Virus record (IMG/VR): IMGVR_UViG_3300032053_011398
Length of the DNA: 64,000 bases
Source of the DNA: a virus
Strand: one strand, 5' to 3'
Shown in pieces: positions 25,258-32,704 of this stretch. The notes under the pieces were generated by a model. It saw only the letters and a list, made by a program, of their open reading frames with translations. It made no database searches and was not told the DNA's origin. Position 1 is the stretch's first letter; each line of letters opens with the position of its first letter. The position numbers and the translations under genes are program-made.

Positions 25258-26661
25258 TCAGCGCAGATCGGGAATCCAGTCCTTGCGGTCATCGGTATCG
25301 TAGCCGACGATCCGCATAGCCAGGCAGATGTCATACCAGACCAGCGCCCGGACATCGGTGCTCGAATTGCGGAGCACGTAGGCCGGGTGAAAAGTGGGAA
25401 CGAGCGGAGTGCCATCCAGGTCTTTGACGTGGCCGCGCACTTTGCTGATGGCATCGGCCTTGCCAGTCAAGCCCTGCAACGCGGTCGCCCCCAGAGCAAT
25501 GATGATCTTGGGCTGGATGATCTGGATTTGCTCCTTGAGGTAGGGGAGACAGGCTGCCATTTCCTCCGGCTCAGGCTTCCGGTTGCCTTCATCGGCATCC
25601 GGGCGGCACTTGAGCACATTGGCAATATAGACCTGATCGCGGGTGAACCCCATCAGGCGGATCACGGCGGTCAAAAATTGCCCGGCGCGGCCACAATTAT
25701 GAACTGCAAATCCATTGGCAATGAACGTGCCGCCCGTAGTTTTTATGTCAACCACATCTCGGATTCCAAGTGGCTCCTTACCTAGAACTTTCACTTGGTG
25801 CGTCTTGAATTGAGGAGGATAACGCCGGATTAAATCAAGAAACTTTGGTAATAACCTCGAAGGCTGTATCCTCCCGATAAACTCCATTTGAGCGCAAATG
25901 CCACCCGTCAGATAATGGCGCTCGCAAACAACCCCCTTATGGACTGATTCTTCCGCACGGTAACGAGTCTTGAAGCCAAGAACTTTGAGTTTTGAGAGTG
26001 CTTCTAAACAAGTCGCACCGGCATTTTGCGTGAATCCAACGCCGGTATAGCCGCTCGATTTCTTGTGGGTCACGTGGCCTTCACCGTTGTAAAATCCAGC
26101 AATCCACCCTGCATCATACGAATTATCGAATTTCCATGGAACATTAAACAGAGCTAACTGCGAACTTCGCTTTTCTCCGCAGCACATAAGCTGGCCGATG
26201 CGAAGCCAACGCCTGCCACTTTGGCCGTGATGCGTCAAAAGAGCATGATCGGCGGTTCCGGCAATATCACCAGAATTGGTCAAAATTCGGAAGACCGGCT
26301 GCCTTGAGCTGTGCGTGCTGATAACTGTCGCGCTGCCCATTCGGCGTAATGCCCGCCCGGAAGCACCAATTCCGGTTACAACCGCTTGCTCGTCAAAGGA
26401 CATTATTTGATCCCCTGGTTTTACCCCACCCAAGCTTTTCCATCTCAGGTCAGCCATTAAAACGGGAGTATCCGGCACCAAACAAAAAGGTTCGCCCAGC
26501 CGGTCTTCATCCTTGCCTGGAGCCTCGCCAACGAACATGAACTCCGCGTCGGGATCACCAGCGCCAAACACCGTTTGCGTCCTGGATTGAACCAGGTGCG
26601 GGCAGCGGCGGCACCGGATGACCCTGTATGAGAGGGCATGTAACTGTTCCTGCTTCGTAAC
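25258..26661 (-). CDS. Uracil-DNA glycosylase family 4 with intein; start codon uncertain
   Basis: CxxC, FVGEAPG, GEPF[C]GRAG, NVLKCRP, PTFHPAY. Confidence 0.9.
   Translation of the reverse strand, partial: VTKQEQLHALSYRVIRCRRCPHLVQSRTQTVFGAGDPDAEFMFVGEAPGKDEDRLGEPFCLVPDTPVLMADLRWKSLGGVKPGDQIMSFDEQAVVTGIGASGRALRRMGSATVISTHSSRQPVFRILTNSGDIAGTADHALLTHHGQSGRRWLRIGQLMCCGEKRSSQLALFNVPWKFDNSYDAGWIAGFYNGEGHVTHKKSSGYTGVGFTQNAGATCLEALSKLKVLGFKTRYRAEESVHKGVVCERHYLTGGICAQMEFIGRIQPSRLLPKFLDLIRRYPPQFKTHQVKVLGKEPLGIRDVVDIKTTGGTFIANGFAVHNCGRAGQFLTAVIRLMGFTRDQVYIANVLKCRPDADEGNRKPEPEEMAACLPYLKEQIQIIQPKIIIALGATALQGLTGKADAISKVRGHVKDLDGTPLVPTFHPAYVLRNSSTDVRALVWYDICLAMRIVGYDTDDRKDWIPDLR
25696..26484 (-). mobile_element. 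Intein with LAGLIDADG endonuclease in UDG
   Basis: F|CLVPDTPV, TADH, WIAGFYNGEG, AVHN|C. Confidence 0.9.
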
Positions 26662-26679
26662 GCAGGGTAGAACGGAAAA

Positions 26680-26756
26680 CGGCGGACACGACCGGACTCG
26701 CACCGGCTGACTTCCCCGTGACAGGGGGTTGATTCGACTCCTTCATCTCCGTGTCC
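26680..26756 (-). tRNA. tRNA-Asp(GTC), encoded 3' end CCG
   Basis: GGA acceptor start, loop ctGTCac, G73. Confidence 0.8.
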
Positions 26757-26758
26757 AG

Positions 26759-26846
26759 TGGTGGGAGATGCTGGTTACGCTCCAGCCGCCACTACCTGTG
26801 ATGTTGAAGGCACCAGTTTTACAGACTGGCCACAGGACCATCTCCC
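26759..26846 (-). tRNA. tRNA-Tyr(GTA) lacking a D-arm
   Basis: GGGAGAT/ATCTCCC-A-CCA, loop ctGTAaa, only 10 nt between acceptor and anticodon stems, 26-nt variable region. Confidence 0.7.
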
Positions 26847-26857
26847 GTATTTAAAGC

Positions 26858-27391
26858 ATGAAATTGATCGCAGCCTTGGCGCTGGCTCTGGTTCTTTCTG
26901 GCTGTATGACGCAGCGCGGCTTTCCGCCTGAGCACCAAATTGTAAACTTCGACCGCGTGGATGACACCCTTTACCGGGGCGCTCAGCCCACGCTCAGCAG
27001 CCTGGATTACCTCAAATCTTTGGGGATCAAAAGCGTGGTCAACCTCCGAATGCCCCAGGACATCCTGCCAGGCGAACCCGCCGCCGTCAGCGCCCTGGGC
27101 ATGAGGTTCGTGAACCTGCCCATGAACGGGGTCACGGCCCCACCGCCCGCCGAGATGGACCGGATGCTCGACGTGATCGAGGCGTTGCCCGCCCCGGTCT
27201 TCATCCACTGCCAATTCGGCTGTGACCGCACGGGCACGGTGATCGCCTGCTGGCGCATCTGCCACGGCTGGCAGAACGAGGCCGCGCTCCAGGAGGCCAA
27301 GAACTACGGCATTTCGCCGCTGCTCCAGGGGATGCAAGAGCTGATTCGCACTTACGCCCGCACTGACCACAAACCGCACAAGACCCTGTAA
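26858..27391 (+). CDS. Lipoprotein with Cys-based (PTP/DSP, Siw14-like) phosphatase domain
   Basis: Signal peptide with lipobox LSGC; LYRGAQP; IHCQFGCDRTG. Confidence 0.85.
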   Translation: MKLIAALALALVLSGCMTQRGFPPEHQIVNFDRVDDTLYRGAQPTLSSLDYLKSLGIKSVVNLRMPQDILPGEPAAVSALGMRFVNLPMNGVTAPPPAEMDRMLDVIEALPAPVFIHCQFGCDRTGTVIACWRICHGWQNEAALQEAKNYGISPLLQGMQELIRTYARTDHKPHKTL

Positions 27392-27401
27392 CTATTGACA
27401 T

Positions 27402-27440
27402 TGGCGCTAGGGCTTCTTCGGTCTCGACGACCGCCCCAGC
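27402..27440 (-). ncRNA. 39-nt minihelix-like RNA ending G-CCA
   Basis: GCTGGGGC-GGTC-GTCGA-GACC-GAAGAA-GCCCTAGC-G-CCA right after tRNA-Trp. Confidence 0.45.
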
Positions 27441-27446
27441 ACAAAT

Positions 27447-27520
27447 TGGCACGGAGTGGGAGTGCTGCCCTCCCCGAAGCTGGTTTTGGAGACCGGCCTG
27501 CACAAGCTGGTGCCCTCCGT
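27447..27520 (-). tRNA. tRNA-Trp(CCA)
   Basis: Loop ctCCAaa, G73-CCA. Confidence 0.78.
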
Positions 27521-27523
27521 AAA

Positions 27524-27937
27524 CTACCAAAACAGTTCCTCCAGGTCGCGTATTCCCTTCTCCTGCTGGTTCTTAGCCCGTTCAAATCTTACAGTCAAGG
27601 TGCTATGCCCTGCAAAATCATTTGGTTTAAGACATGCAACTCTATCTACCGCAGGGACATATACCAGGATAAGATCAATTTGATCGTTGGTGTATAAGTG
27701 GCTGCTGCGCTTTTTGCCGCGTTCCCTTCCTGGTCGCAATCCAATCGTAACACTACCTTTAGAATGGCTGCACCGGCTATTGACATACTTTACCTGAGCA
27801 CGCAACAGTTCTGTGCCCGTGTCGATAATAAGGTCATATCGGCATGGAATTGAAGGGCGGCTTGCGACATAGCCTTTCTCTACGGCACGAAGTTGAACGC
27901 GCAATTCTGCAATTTCACCTTTTTAATTTGGAGTCAT
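27524..27937 (-). pseudogene. PD-(D/E)XK homing endonuclease (group I intron-associated type) with in-frame TAA at codon 5
   Basis: MTPN*KGEIAELRV...GY..S.P....RYDLIID.....RAQVK; SD GGAG before ATG 27937. Confidence 0.75.
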
Positions 27938-27952
27938 AGCTCCTGTAACTAC

Positions 27953-27983
27953 ACAAGCACTCTGCTAATTGAATCACCTGCTC
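27953..27983 (-). pseudogene. Orphan tRNA 5' half upstream of the PD-(D/E)XK gene
   Basis: GAGCAGG-TG-ATTC-AATTAGCA-GAGT-G-CTTGT followed directly by the GTAGTTA motif. Confidence 0.55.
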
Positions 27984-28076
27984 AACCCACACATGATGCC
28001 AGTTGGCGGGCTGTCCGATCTTGACCGTCCCGCACCGGCAATCCGTGCGTCGGTCTCGCGTTAGAGCAGGTAAAGA

Positions 28077-28274
28077 CTAGAGTTGGTGATGATGGCGCAC
28101 GCGGCCAACTCGCGCCAGCGTGCAAAGTTTTTTAAGCCGTGATCGAAGCTGCATCAGCTCCTCGAATCGTTTCTGGTTTTTCAAGGCTTCTGAAACCAGC
28201 CGTTGTTTTTCCGCTGCGGATGGCTTGCCGATCAACCCCCGCAGCGCCAATTCAAAAAAGGCGTTATCTCTCAC
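28077..28274 (-). CDS. Small hypothetical protein
   Basis: 65-aa ORF. Confidence 0.4.
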   Translation of the reverse strand: MRDNAFFELALRGLIGKPSAAEKQRLVSEALKNQKRFEELMQLRSRLKKLCTLARVGRVRHHHQL

Positions 28275-28316
28275 ACCTGTATATCCGCGTTGACGGCAAC
28301 TTTTCTTCGCTCAAAA

Positions 28317-28390
28317 TGGTGGAACCACGGGGAGTCGCACCCCGATCTATGCGTTGCGAACGCACCGCTCTGCTATTGAGCTATGGCCCC
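28317..28390 (-). tRNA. tRNA-Ala(CGC)
   Basis: G3-U70, loop ttCGCaa. Confidence 0.85.
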
Positions 28391-28401
28391 GTAACTAAAA
28401 G

Positions 28402-29259
28402 GTGAAACCGCGCTGCGTTTCCATTTTTCCGACCAACCGCTGCAACGCCCGGTGCTACTACTGCGCCTACCAGACGAACTACGCCCTGGCCGACGCGGAG
28501 GCGCTGTGCCGGAAAGGTGACGCGCTCAACCGCGACCTGCTGCTCAAGTTCATGGACGAGCTGCCGGTCAACAACATCGAAATCTCAGGAGGCGGCGAGC
28601 CGCTGGCGCACCCTGACTTTGCTTGGTTCGCCGGGGAGCTGGTCGCCCGCAACATCGGGGCCAAGCTCATCACCAACGGCATTCTGCTCGATGGCCCTGC
28701 CGCTGAAGCTGCGGCCAAGTTGAGCTACATTGAGCTATCGGTGAATTACTGGGACCACCGAAGCTTCGCCGAGACTCGCGGCCTGCCGGAGTTCTGGTTC
28801 GACATCGTGACGGCCAACATCATGAAACTGGCCCGGAGCAGGCCATCCTGCGTGCTGGGGGCCAAGGTGGTCCTGACCAGCCGGAACTACCCGTCGCTCC
28901 AGAAAATTCGTGAATACCTGATGCAGTTCGGGATTACCCGGCTGGTGGTCACGCCGGGCTACAGCCGCGATCCAAAAGAAGTCCCGCCGCCCGAAGTCTT
29001 CGGGCGCGACCGGTTGGCCCGCGCCAAGCCAAAGTGCCTTTGTTGCCAGCGCCAGCTCGACCATCCGGTCGTGGGCGCGGACGGCCACATCTACGCCTGC
29101 TGCTACTTCACCTACGTCCCCGGCATGAGGATCGGGAATCTGGCCGCGCAAAAGCTGGCGGACGTTCTGGACAACCCCGTCTTCGATCAGGGCCTTTGCG
29201 CCAAGGTCGAGCAGGTCATCACGGACTACCGGAACGGCGTCGTCACCGCCTTCCCCTGA
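28402..29259 (+). CDS. Radical SAM enzyme with SPASM/Twitch-like C-terminus
   Basis: CNARCYYC, ISGGGEP, ITNG, ADGHIYACC. Confidence 0.88.
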   Translation: MKPRCVSIFPTNRCNARCYYCAYQTNYALADAEALCRKGDALNRDLLLKFMDELPVNNIEISGGGEPLAHPDFAWFAGELVARNIGAKLITNGILLDGPAAEAAAKLSYIELSVNYWDHRSFAETRGLPEFWFDIVTANIMKLARSRPSCVLGAKVVLTSRNYPSLQKIREYLMQFGITRLVVTPGYSRDPKEVPPPEVFGRDRLARAKPKCLCCQRQLDHPVVGADGHIYACCYFTYVPGMRIGNLAAQKLADVLDNPVFDQGLCAKVEQVITDYRNGVVTAFP

Positions 29260-29265
29260 ACAAAC

Positions 29266-29372
29266 TGGCGCGGGAGTGGGCCGTCAGCCCACCTGACCAC
29301 GCTGGTCGCGTCAAAACAGCGGCTTGGCGTCTGCCCCTGGTGTAGGACGCTTGGCGAAGCCTTCGCTCCCGC
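29266..29372 (-). ncRNA. Non-canonical tRNA-like RNA (107 nt, four internal hairpins, G-CCA end)
   Basis: GCGGGAG/CTCCCGC-G-CCA closing stem, T-arm-like hairpin, no recognisable anticodon loop. Confidence 0.5.
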
Positions 29373-29378
29373 AAAAAT

Positions 29379-29454
29379 TGGTGGAAGTGAAGGGACTCGC
29401 ACCCTCAACCCCCTGCTTGCAAGGCAGGCGCTCTACTAATTGAGCTACACCCCC
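29379..29454 (-). tRNA. tRNA-Ala(TGC)
   Basis: G3-U70, loop ctTGCaa. Confidence 0.88.
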
Positions 29455-29459
29455 GAAAT

Positions 29460-29533
29460 TGGAGCGGGTGAGCGGTAACGATCCGCCGTATCAGCGTTGG
29501 CAACGCCGCGCTCTGCCATTGAGCTACACCCGC
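29460..29533 (-). tRNA. tRNA-Gly(GCC)
   Basis: Loop ttGCCaa, U73-CCA. Confidence 0.88.
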
Positions 29534-29535
29534 AT

Positions 29536-29612
29536 TGGGGCGAACGAGGAGATTTGCACTCCCAACGGTCGGACTCACAATCCGAGGCTCTGCTAATTGA
29601 GCTACGTTCGCC
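29536..29612 (-). tRNA. tRNA-His(GTG)
   Basis: G-1:C73, loop ttGTGag. Confidence 0.85.
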
Positions 29613-29800
29613 ACTCTGAAAATCAAAGCCCCACGGCCTCCACCTATGCTCGTGGATTGGGCCGTGGGGCATTTCAACAAAGAACAACACACTTCCATCA
29701 AGATTTCCACTGGTCTCCCAGTCTTGAAGCCACAGCATTCACGGTGGTCGTTTACCGGATTATCGGCCCGGCTCTCGGCTCCATCCGGAGCATGTGTGCT

Positions 29801-29844
29801 TAAAACTGAAAACCCCCGCACTCTTTCGGGTAGCGGGGGTTTTC
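29801..29844 (-). terminator. Attenuator terminator hairpin
   Basis: GAAAACCCCCGC/GCGGGGGTTTTC 12-bp stem then AGTTTT. Confidence 0.8.
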
Positions 29845-29861
29845 AAAATCTGGTTGGTCCG

Positions 29862-30002
29862 CTACCCTACTACCTCACCTGGTTCGCGTGTGCTACGGGT
29901 GGCAAAGCACAACGACGTGCCAGTATCCCACCCTTGGGCCAGGGCAGAATACTGCGCCCAGCTATTGGCAGGTTTCGCTGACACGCTATGCAACTTCATC
30001 AT
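29862..30002 (-). CDS. Putative 46-aa attenuation leader peptide of the tRNA array
   Basis: MMKLHSVSAKPANSWAQYSALAQGWDTGTSLCFATRSTREPGEVVG*; stop lies within the antiterminator strand GGGTAGCGG. Confidence 0.65.
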   Translation of the reverse strand: MMKLHSVSAKPANSWAQYSALAQGWDTGTSLCFATRSTREPGEVVG

Positions 30003-30009
30003 CGCGGTG

Positions 30010-30038
30010 AGTCTAAATCGTTTTCGTAAACGGTGCAA
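30010..30038 (-). promoter_or_regulatory. sigma70-like promoter TTGCAC-N17-TAGACT, 7 nt before the leader ATG
   Basis: Consensus-like hexamers at 17-nt spacing. Confidence 0.6.
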
Positions 30039-30126
30039 GAACTTTCACAACTTTTTAGCAACTTTTTAGCAACTTTTTTCGTAAACACAAACCACTGGGC
30101 CACAACGAGGAGCAACGAATACGCGC

Positions 30127-32175
30127 TTATTCTTCCAGATTTTTCTGCACGACTGGCATTGGAACACCCATCATTTGATACAATTCCTCCTCCGAAATGA
30201 CCCGCGTGCCGTGCTTCCTCGCGCCCTCCGCCTTGTTATTGCCCCCGCCCGTGCCTTGCACCAGGAAGTCCACCTTCTTGGTCACCTGCCCCTTGACGAC
30301 GCCGCCGTTCTGCTCGATCAACGCGCTCACATCATCGCGCCGACCGCTCTGGAGTGCTCCGGTAATGCAGAAAGTTTTTCCACCGAGCACGCCTCCAGCC
30401 TGCTGATCCTCCTCGAAGTAAAATCCACAATCAGCCAACATCTCCAGCTCCTCGATGTTCCGCGTAAAATAGGTCAGCAACTCCGCCGTGGCGACTTTCC
30501 CGATCAGCTCCTCGACTTCGTGCTGGTATTGCTCGATTCGTTGCAGCGGTGACAGCCTTTTTTGCTTTTCGTCCTCCTCGTTGATCGGTCGGCTGAACTT
30601 GGTCGCCAAATCCTGGCAGCTCGTCTTGCCAATGCCCTCAATGCTCAGCGCCGAGAGCTTGCGCCACAGCGGGCCGTTCTTGGCCGCTGCCAGCCCCTCC
30701 CTCATCTTCCTGGCCGTCGCGGGCTTGAGGAAGCTGAAGTCGGCGATGGCGAACAAATCGGATAGTTTCTTAACGCTGGCCTTGTCCATCAACTGGCGCA
30801 CGGTCGTATCCCCGCAGCCGTCGATGTCAAGCGCATCCTTGCTCACCGCGTAAACCAGCCGGGCGAACACCTGGTCATCGCACTCCGGGTTCACACAGTA
30901 GGAATGAACCAGGCCCGTGGGGCGCTCCAGGGGCGTGGAGCAGCAGGGGCAGGTTTTGGGCATCTGGTAGCTCTGGTTGGGGTTCTTTTTGGTCGGCGAG
31001 GGCCGGGCTAAGCCGACCACCTTGGGGATCACTTCGCCGCTGCGCTGGACGAGCACGTAGTCGCCCACGTCGATGCCGAGGCGGTCCAGCTCGTCCTGGT
31101 TGCAGAGCGAAGCGCGGGCCACGACGGCTCCGCCGAGGCTGACCGGCTCCAACTGCGCGACCGGCGTCACCTGGCCGGTCTTGCCCACCTGAACGAGCAC
31201 GCCAGCCAGCCGCGTTTCCTTGGTATCAGGTGGGAACTTATAGGCCGCGCCCCATTTGGGCGCACGCTCGCCCTCACCCAAGTCGCGCTGCTTCTCCATG
31301 GAATTAACCTTGATAACCAGGCCATCGGTGTCCAAATCGAGAGCCTTCCGGTAAGCGTCCAGGTGATGGATGGCCGGGATCAGGTCAGCGTCGGCCATGC
31401 AGGTCGTGTAAGGCAACCCTGGCATGTCCTGGCGCACAGGAAGCGTCATCGTAGTGGGGAAGCCCAAGGTTTCCAGATAGTCGAGCAGCGACTCCTGGGT
31501 GGTGACGCCGGGCGGCAGGTCGGACGGGACGCTATAAGCCGCGAAGCTGAGTTTGCGCTTGGCGACCTCCCTGGAATCCTTGAGCATCATGCTCCCGGAG
31601 GCCCCGTTGCGCGGATTGGCCAACCGGTCATTCTCCGAAACACCCTGATTGTAGGCGCTAAACGAAGACAAACTCCAATAAACCTCGCCGCGCACCTCGA
31701 TGGTCACCGGTTTGCGGAGCGTCAGGGGGATCGAGTGGACGGTGCGAGCATTCTCGGTCACGTCCGCGCCCTCGACGCCGTTGCCACGGGTGAGCGCCTG
31801 GACGAGCTGGCCTTCCCTGTAGCTCAGGTGCAGGCTGAGGCCGTCGATTTTCATTTCGAGGATAACCTCCTCGCTCTCCAGGCCCGCGAAGAAAGTCGCG
31901 GTCTCGTTGGCGTTGTTGATGTTATCTAGCGACAACATCTTGACCTTGTGCCGGATTTTCCGCAACCCGTTGGGGGTCGGACAGCCGACCCGCGTGATAG
32001 GCGAATTGGGATCGCCCATTTCCGGGTGCTCCTGCTCCAGGACAGTCAGCTCACGGAATTTTTGGTCATACTCTACATCAGAGATGGTGGGGCTGTTCGC
32101 CACGTAGTAGCGAAACGAGTGATCGGTCAGCTCCTTGCGGAGCGCGAGAATCTTTTGCGCATCGGTCATGTTCAT
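30127..32175 (-). CDS. ligA: NAD-dependent DNA ligase
   Basis: EMKIDG, ALTRGNG, EVRGEV, NPRN, DGLVIK, zinc finger, BRCT. Confidence 0.95.
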   Translation of the reverse strand: MNMTDAQKILALRKELTDHSFRYYVANSPTISDVEYDQKFRELTVLEQEHPEMGDPNSPITRVGCPTPNGLRKIRHKVKMLSLDNINNANETATFFAGLESEEVILEMKIDGLSLHLSYREGQLVQALTRGNGVEGADVTENARTVHSIPLTLRKPVTIEVRGEVYWSLSSFSAYNQGVSENDRLANPRNGASGSMMLKDSREVAKRKLSFAAYSVPSDLPPGVTTQESLLDYLETLGFPTTMTLPVRQDMPGLPYTTCMADADLIPAIHHLDAYRKALDLDTDGLVIKVNSMEKQRDLGEGERAPKWGAAYKFPPDTKETRLAGVLVQVGKTGQVTPVAQLEPVSLGGAVVARASLCNQDELDRLGIDVGDYVLVQRSGEVIPKVVGLARPSPTKKNPNQSYQMPKTCPCCSTPLERPTGLVHSYCVNPECDDQVFARLVYAVSKDALDIDGCGDTTVRQLMDKASVKKLSDLFAIADFSFLKPATARKMREGLAAAKNGPLWRKLSALSIEGIGKTSCQDLATKFSRPINEEDEKQKRLSPLQRIEQYQHEVEELIGKVATAELLTYFTRNIEELEMLADCGFYFEEDQQAGGVLGGKTFCITGALQSGRRDDVSALIEQNGGVVKGQVTKKVDFLVQGTGGGNNKAEGARKHGTRVISEEELYQMMGVPMPVVQKNLEE

Positions 32176-32230
32176 AAAAATCGTTCTTTCAATTAGAAGA
32201 TGGCGGATCAGATGGAAAAGGTAAACAAAA

Positions 32231-32704
32231 TTGTGTATGATGCGTGATCTATTTTTGGACGTGCTCTACGCCTGCGGCTCAATCTCTGCCCTGGCGATCA
32301 CCGTTGCCCTCCTTAAAACCGCCAGCAACTACGTGAGCGGAAAGATGTTTCTCCCTAAAGACCAAGTGTTTGTGACTTCCCCCGTCACCAATGCTGGAAC
32401 GACTTCCGGCTGGGCGTCTATGACGCTGGATGAACCCATAGCCGCAGCTACCAAGTTCGACCTGCCGCCGCCCGGCCTGCCGCCGCCCACCGGCATCATC
32501 AAACCCATCGAATCCGTTGACAGCACCTTTCCACCGCCCGAACAAGGCCGACCGATCAGGTCGCAAGAGGACTTTATTTTGGAGTGCGGCAACTGCCGCA
32601 AGCATATCAAGTCTTCCCCGATCAGCATAGACTCGAAAGGTGGAAAAACGGAAATGCGTTATCGTTGTGAAACCTGCGGAGCCACGGTCGCGGTGAAGGT
32701 TTAG
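32231..32704 (+). CDS. Membrane-anchored protein with C-terminal zinc ribbon
   Basis: N-terminal hydrophobic helix, CxxC...CxxC. Confidence 0.6.
   Translation: MCMMRDLFLDVLYACGSISALAITVALLKTASNYVSGKMFLPKDQVFVTSPVTNAGTTSGWASMTLDEPIAAATKFDLPPPGLPPPTGIIKPIESVDSTFPPPEQGRPIRSQEDFILECGNCRKHIKSSPISIDSKGGKTEMRYRCETCGATVAVKV

Noticed and set aside
27995-28050. Hairpin that might be another CCA-ended RNA or an intron remnant
   Set aside because: Pairing is irregular, there is no T-rich trailer and no group I core elements were recognised
30041-30080. Short CAACTTTTTAG tandem repeats, and scattered GTAAAC boxes near promoters
   Set aside because: Low complexity with variable spacing; possibly UP elements or operators but not supportable by eye
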